IMG/VR virus record: IMGVR_UViG_3300027991_000080
Span: 12,741 to 76,740 of that record
From: a virus
Taxonomy: Duplodnaviria > Caudoviricetes
Length of the DNA stretch: 64,000 nucleotides
Direction: 5' to 3' (one strand)
The notes beneath the pieces were generated by a model, which did no database searches, was not told the origin of the DNA, and was given only the letters and a program-made list of their open reading frames with translations. The translations under genes were made by a program, and so were the position numbers. Within the stretch, counting starts at the first letter, position 1; every line of letters starts with the position of its first letter. Below are positions 60,171 through 64,000 of the stretch, one piece after another.

Positions 60171-62152
60171 AACTACCTGGTAAGCAGGTGGACACTTCCA
60201 CGTTGGCGTTCGCAAATCCGTCCTCTAGCTCGCAAGCCGTGACGGAAGACTACCAAGATCGAAAGCTTTTCGTGCTCGGGGGATGGGGATGCCTCGCGGC
60301 TCCGGCCGTTACTAGTTTGCGGTTTCTGGACTTCGCGAACAATCGCGACGTCTCCCAGGCGGAGCTTTCGTCATTCGTGGCGATGCCGGTCTCAGGGACC
60401 ATCACAAAGCTTCAGATTTCTTGCGGCACAGCGCTCACGACCGATACGGTGGGTTTCACGATTCGCATCAACGGGACGACTACGGCTGTTTCCGTGTCCC
60501 TGCCTCCAAGCACGTCGACCGTGCTCACCACTGGGCTCTCGCTCTCGTTCAATGCGGGCGACCGCATCAGCATGGCGGTGCAGCAGACGGGCACGCAGGC
60601 ACAGGCAAACTGGGCCGCTCACGTGGAAATTTCGTACGAGACAACGACTAACGATGCGATGCCCATCGCTGCGGATGCGCGCGATTACTACGTGTCGGCC
60701 TTCACAGGTAGCGATACGAATCCAGGCACTCAGGCGCAGCCGTGGCGCACTGCTCGCAAGTGTTCGAACTACACATTTCAAGCGGGATTCAAGGTGCGGT
60801 TCGAGCGCGGGGGTACGTATGCCGGACCGTTCATCGTGAACGGGAACGGTGTCTTTGCGAAAACCACCTTCGATACGACATACGCCTCAGCGCTCGCGAC
60901 CGCGATCACTACGTTGAATGGTGACGGCACTCGCGCTGCGTACCATGCCGCGCTTATCACGGACGGTTTCACTGATCCGACAGCAAACACTCTGTCCGAC
61001 CAATTCATCGCTGGTCTCGCGGCAAGCATCGCGCGAAAGGCAGCGTTCGCGGCGGCCGATTCTGCGTCAACCTGGCTGACGATTGAAGCGTACGGATCCG
61101 GCGTGAACCCCATCATTCAATCGCCGAGCACCGCTTACGGTGGCATCTGGCTAGGGTACGGAAGCACCTACACTGGAGGGATCAAGGTACTCAATGTGGA
61201 CGTGGACGGTGCTCTCGTCTCCTGCATTCTCTACGACCCCGGCCCGAGACACACGAACGGCACCGCGACGACCAGCAACGCTTTTTCTCCAGTCGGCACG
61301 TGGCTCGAAGGCTGTCGCCTGACGAACGCAACGGGCATGGCCATCAAGACGACGGGCTTTCCCTACCCCGGCCCCATCTCCCCGTACATGCAGTTCTGCG
61401 GTGCGGGGGTCACGATGATGTTTCCTCAGTATTTGATGATGAAGAGTGTGGAGATCGACCACTGCGACGCTTTTGCGTTCCTCTGGTCCGGAACGCAGGT
61501 TCACATTGAATCGAATCACGTTCACCACTCGTACATCGGTACGTTTTACGTGCAGGGGATCTCGAAAGACAATGTCACGGTGCCGCTCACAGACGGGCTC
61601 AGCATCGAAAGCATGGTCATGGACCATGTCTGCTACGCCGCAAACCCGAGCGCGCAGGGTCCAGGATTCTTCAAGGGCGAGAGCGGTCCTTTGCTCGCTA
61701 ACTCTCGGAACATCACTATCACCAATCTGCAAGTCAACGGCGTACCGTTGATCCACGCAGACGGCGTCGCCATCGACTTGGAAGGCATCACCGCGGGCGA
61801 CTGGGGAACGGTTGTCATCAGCGGTGGTACGCTTTCAAACTGCGAGGGAACCGGTTTCCTTCAAAACGATGCAGGCTCGCACGTGGGTTCGACGTTCCTC
61901 TTCGACGGCATCGCCATGACCCTCAACCGCACGACATCGGGGCAGCCTCCGGTGCCAGCCATCTCGCCTCCCGCGATATACGCTTGCCGTACGACAGTGA
62001 CGGATACTCGCGTTTTCACCCGATGCTTCATCACGCGCGGCAGCAATACTCAGAACCTCTTCGGGGGCGATGCAACCGACTCCTATACCCCGACGTACAA
62101 CACTCCGCCGACCGGCATGTCTGTAGGACCGTCGAACACGGTCACACCGTAG
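60167..62152 (+). CDS. KQ-leader family 3 fused to right-handed beta-helix (pectate lyase-like) spike
   Basis: MKLPGKQVD; YYVSAFTGSDTNPGTQAQPWRT; beta-helix-like repeats (VEIDHC, HIESNHVHHS, ITITNL). Confidence 0.82.
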   Translation: MKLPGKQVDTSTLAFANPSSSSQAVTEDYQDRKLFVLGGWGCLAAPAVTSLRFLDFANNRDVSQAELSSFVAMPVSGTITKLQISCGTALTTDTVGFTIRINGTTTAVSVSLPPSTSTVLTTGLSLSFNAGDRISMAVQQTGTQAQANWAAHVEISYETTTNDAMPIAADARDYYVSAFTGSDTNPGTQAQPWRTARKCSNYTFQAGFKVRFERGGTYAGPFIVNGNGVFAKTTFDTTYASALATAITTLNGDGTRAAYHAALITDGFTDPTANTLSDQFIAGLAASIARKAAFAAADSASTWLTIEAYGSGVNPIIQSPSTAYGGIWLGYGSTYTGGIKVLNVDVDGALVSCILYDPGPRHTNGTATTSNAFSPVGTWLEGCRLTNATGMAIKTTGFPYPGPISPYMQFCGAGVTMMFPQYLMMKSVEIDHCDAFAFLWSGTQVHIESNHVHHSYIGTFYVQGISKDNVTVPLTDGLSIESMVMDHVCYAANPSAQGPGFFKGESGPLLANSRNITITNLQVNGVPLIHADGVAIDLEGITAGDWGTVVISGGTLSNCEGTGFLQNDAGSHVGSTFLFDGIAMTLNRTTSGQPPVPAISPPAIYACRTTVTDTRVFTRCFITRGSNTQNLFGGDATDSYTPTYNTPPTGMSVGPSNTVTP

Positions 62153-62156
62153 CTCT

Positions 62157-62369
62157 TTAGTTTGAGAGCCGCGCGGCGAGCAATACAAGCCAGCAGAGCG
62201 CCGCACCGATTGCAAAGCCAACGATAAACGGCAGCACAGACAGGCGCCGGCGTTGGTTCTTGGGAGGAGCAAGACTCTCCACGAGAAACGCTTCCGTCTC
62301 TCGTCGATACTGCGCTCCTCGTCCTTCGCGGTGCGTCGGAGGGCCTTCCTCTTCGTCTGAGGGGGGCAT
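62157..62369 (-). CDS. Small protein with C-terminal TM
   Basis: LSVLPFIVGFAIGAALCWLVLLAA. Confidence 0.55.
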   Translation of the reverse strand: MPPSDEEEGPPTHREGRGAQYRRETEAFLVESLAPPKNQRRRLSVLPFIVGFAIGAALCWLVLLAARLSN

Positions 62370-62391
62370 GACGGGAAGGATAGCAGAGCCT

Positions 62392-62631
62392 TTACCGATC
62401 CGCTTTCCGACGCATTTCCTTCCGGACAGCGGAGACCGCCTTCTTCAGGCGGCGCACGTCGAACTCGTTCTCGTAGCCGCCGTAGATCCATCCTCCATCC
62501 CCAGGCTTCTCGTGTGAGAGCATCGCGTCGATGATACCGTACACGTACCGGCGCGCTTCGGTCTGAGGTCGCATTCCGCTCGTGCCGATAAATTGCTGTT
62601 TCAACTCATGCCGACCTTCAGCGTCGCTCAT
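62392..62631 (-). CDS. Hypothetical protein
   Basis: ATGA coupled. Confidence 0.6.
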   Translation of the reverse strand: MSDAEGRHELKQQFIGTSGMRPQTEARRYVYGIIDAMLSHEKPGDGGWIYGGYENEFDVRRLKKAVSAVRKEMRRKADR

Positions 62632-62924
62632 CTTTGATCACCCCAGATCATTCGAATAGCCTCTTCGCAATCACTGGCCCGATACTCATCGACGTAGAGC
62701 AGTGAAAAATTGCGGCGCGTCTTGTCGCCGCCGACGCATTCCTGACGATAGCGATCGATCGCCTCTCGACGTCCTTGCGCTTTTGAGCCTATACCGAGAG
62801 CTACAGCGAAGACGCCGGAGCTCAATGCGAACACCGTCGACATCACCAATATCCTTCTTCGAGATGGGGTACGGTTTTTGTACGTCCAGCAAATGCACGT
62901 GTCGCAGTGCAATCCGTGTTTCAT
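62628..62924 (-). CDS. Small membrane protein
   Basis: CDTCIC; central TM. Confidence 0.6.
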   Translation of the reverse strand: MKHGLHCDTCICWTYKNRTPSRRRILVMSTVFALSSGVFAVALGIGSKAQGRREAIDRYRQECVGGDKTRRNFSLLYVDEYRASDCEEAIRMIWGDQR

Positions 62925-64000
62925 GGTTTAGACTCCGTGCGTTTTGCTAACGCTTCGTCGATCAGTCCTCTCCCTGCAGACTCTTCGAACAGCCCGGCAC
63001 GTCTGATGTACTCGTTCATCTGCTTGATGCTTCGGTGCCCCGTCTCAGCCATGATCATGTGAGGCTGCCGACCCATCTTGGCGGCGCTGGTGACGAAACC
63101 GCTCCGCAGCGAATGCCCCCCGAACTCGGCGGGATCCAACCCAAGCAGCGAGACGTAGCGCTGCACGCGCCTAGCCACTCCCACCGGGGCTAGAGCCTGC
63201 GTGAGCACAGCGCCAGTGTGCATGTCAACTCCTCTGAAGACGGGACCCCGATCTATTTTCGCCACGGAAAGCCAGCGACGAAAGGATGCGACCGGACAGT
63301 AGCGCTGGTCCGCCACAGGACTCAGCGGAACCGTTAGCGATTTTCCAGTCTGATCGGTCTTGCTTCGAGGGATCGTCCACTCGATTCCCTGCTCGACAGA
63401 GCGAAAATCCTCCACGCGCGCCGCTGCTATCTCACTCCGGCGACGACCGCCACCCTGCCACCCGACGAGTATCATCGCTCGATCCCTAACTCCTCGAACG
63501 TCATCGCTTATCAGATCGATCACCTTGTAGAGGAGCCCCTCTCCGGTGACCCCTATGTCCCTTTTTTTCCGCTTTGCTGCGGTTCCCTTCAGACGCCCTA
63601 GAGCGTCGCGCGTCTCCACGAGCACCGGATCGAGCCACGGACTTACTTTCCCCAGTCGACGGTAGCTGCGGCAAATAGCCGCAAGAGCTCTGATAAGCGA
63701 ACTGTACCCCATTGGTCCTTTGGGTTTTCCGCTCGGAACGTCCTTGGGATCCCTGCCTGTTTCGGCGAGCTCGAAGAGGTACGCGCGAATGGCCCGCGGC
63801 GGCGCGGAATTGGGGTCTAGGGCGTGCCGCACACACCAGGACGCAAAGCAGGTCAACTCGAGCCCATAGGCCCTCCTGGTGTTCGGAGGGAGGGCATCCT
63901 GTACGGCGGCCTCTGCCCGTGAATCTAGGGCGATTAGCGCTTCCTGCGCCTCGGTGAGCGCATCGTTCGATCGATGTAGGTCTATGTGTGATGAAACCAC
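62921..64000 (-). CDS. Tyrosine recombinase/integrase (start may lie outside window)
   Basis: RDRAMIL..RRSEI (R), SKTD (K), GHSLRSG (HxxR), GHRS...EY (H,Y). Confidence 0.95.
   Translation of the reverse strand: MVSSHIDLHRSNDALTEAQEALIALDSRAEAAVQDALPPNTRRAYGLELTCFASWCVRHALDPNSAPPRAIRAYLFELAETGRDPKDVPSGKPKGPMGYSSLIRALAAICRSYRRLGKVSPWLDPVLVETRDALGRLKGTAAKRKKRDIGVTGEGLLYKVIDLISDDVRGVRDRAMILVGWQGGGRRRSEIAAARVEDFRSVEQGIEWTIPRSKTDQTGKSLTVPLSPVADQRYCPVASFRRWLSVAKIDRGPVFRGVDMHTGAVLTQALAPVGVARRVQRYVSLLGLDPAEFGGHSLRSGFVTSAAKMGRQPHMIMAETGHRSIKQMNEYIRRAGLFEESAGRGLIDEALAKRTESKP

Overview
The whole 64-kb window reads as one GC-rich temperate virus/provirus genome segment. Both ends are truncated: a partial ORF on the left and a tyrosine recombinase running to the right edge. 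The host is not determinable from sequence alone; a myxobacterial-style lipoprotein hints at Myxococcota. Layout: (1) ~0-16.5 kb replication and nucleotide metabolism (SF2 helicase, two tandem Dam-like methylases, VRR-NUC-like and HNH nucleases, a 196-bp inverted-repeat structure, primase-polymerase/helicase, MazG-like proteins, DUF3310, ThyX-like protein, RHH regulators). (2) ~16.5-25 kb a rhomboid protease, a lysozyme-fold protein and a large modular protein with a candidate -1 frameshift signal. (3) ~25-35 kb lysis and membrane genes, a parS-like palindrome, RadC/JAB, LysM and transglutaminase-like proteins. (4) ~35.7-62 kb a structural operon: a protamine-like Arg-rich membrane protein, three beta-rich candidate jelly-roll capsid proteins, tail-anchored peptidoglycan-binding proteins, seven fibre/decoration proteins sharing an N-terminal G-R-x-x-Y...(T)YP peptide, G-X-T collagen fibres, a glycosylation cassette, a bulb-type lectin and a beta-helix spike. 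I see no terminase, portal, HK97-type capsid, tape measure or tail-tube gene, and no packaging ATPase either. The best hypothesis is an unusually large tailless, membrane-containing (jelly-roll) virus with modular, glycosylated fibres. That needs structure prediction to confirm. All family assignments come from motif recognition by eye, not from database searches.
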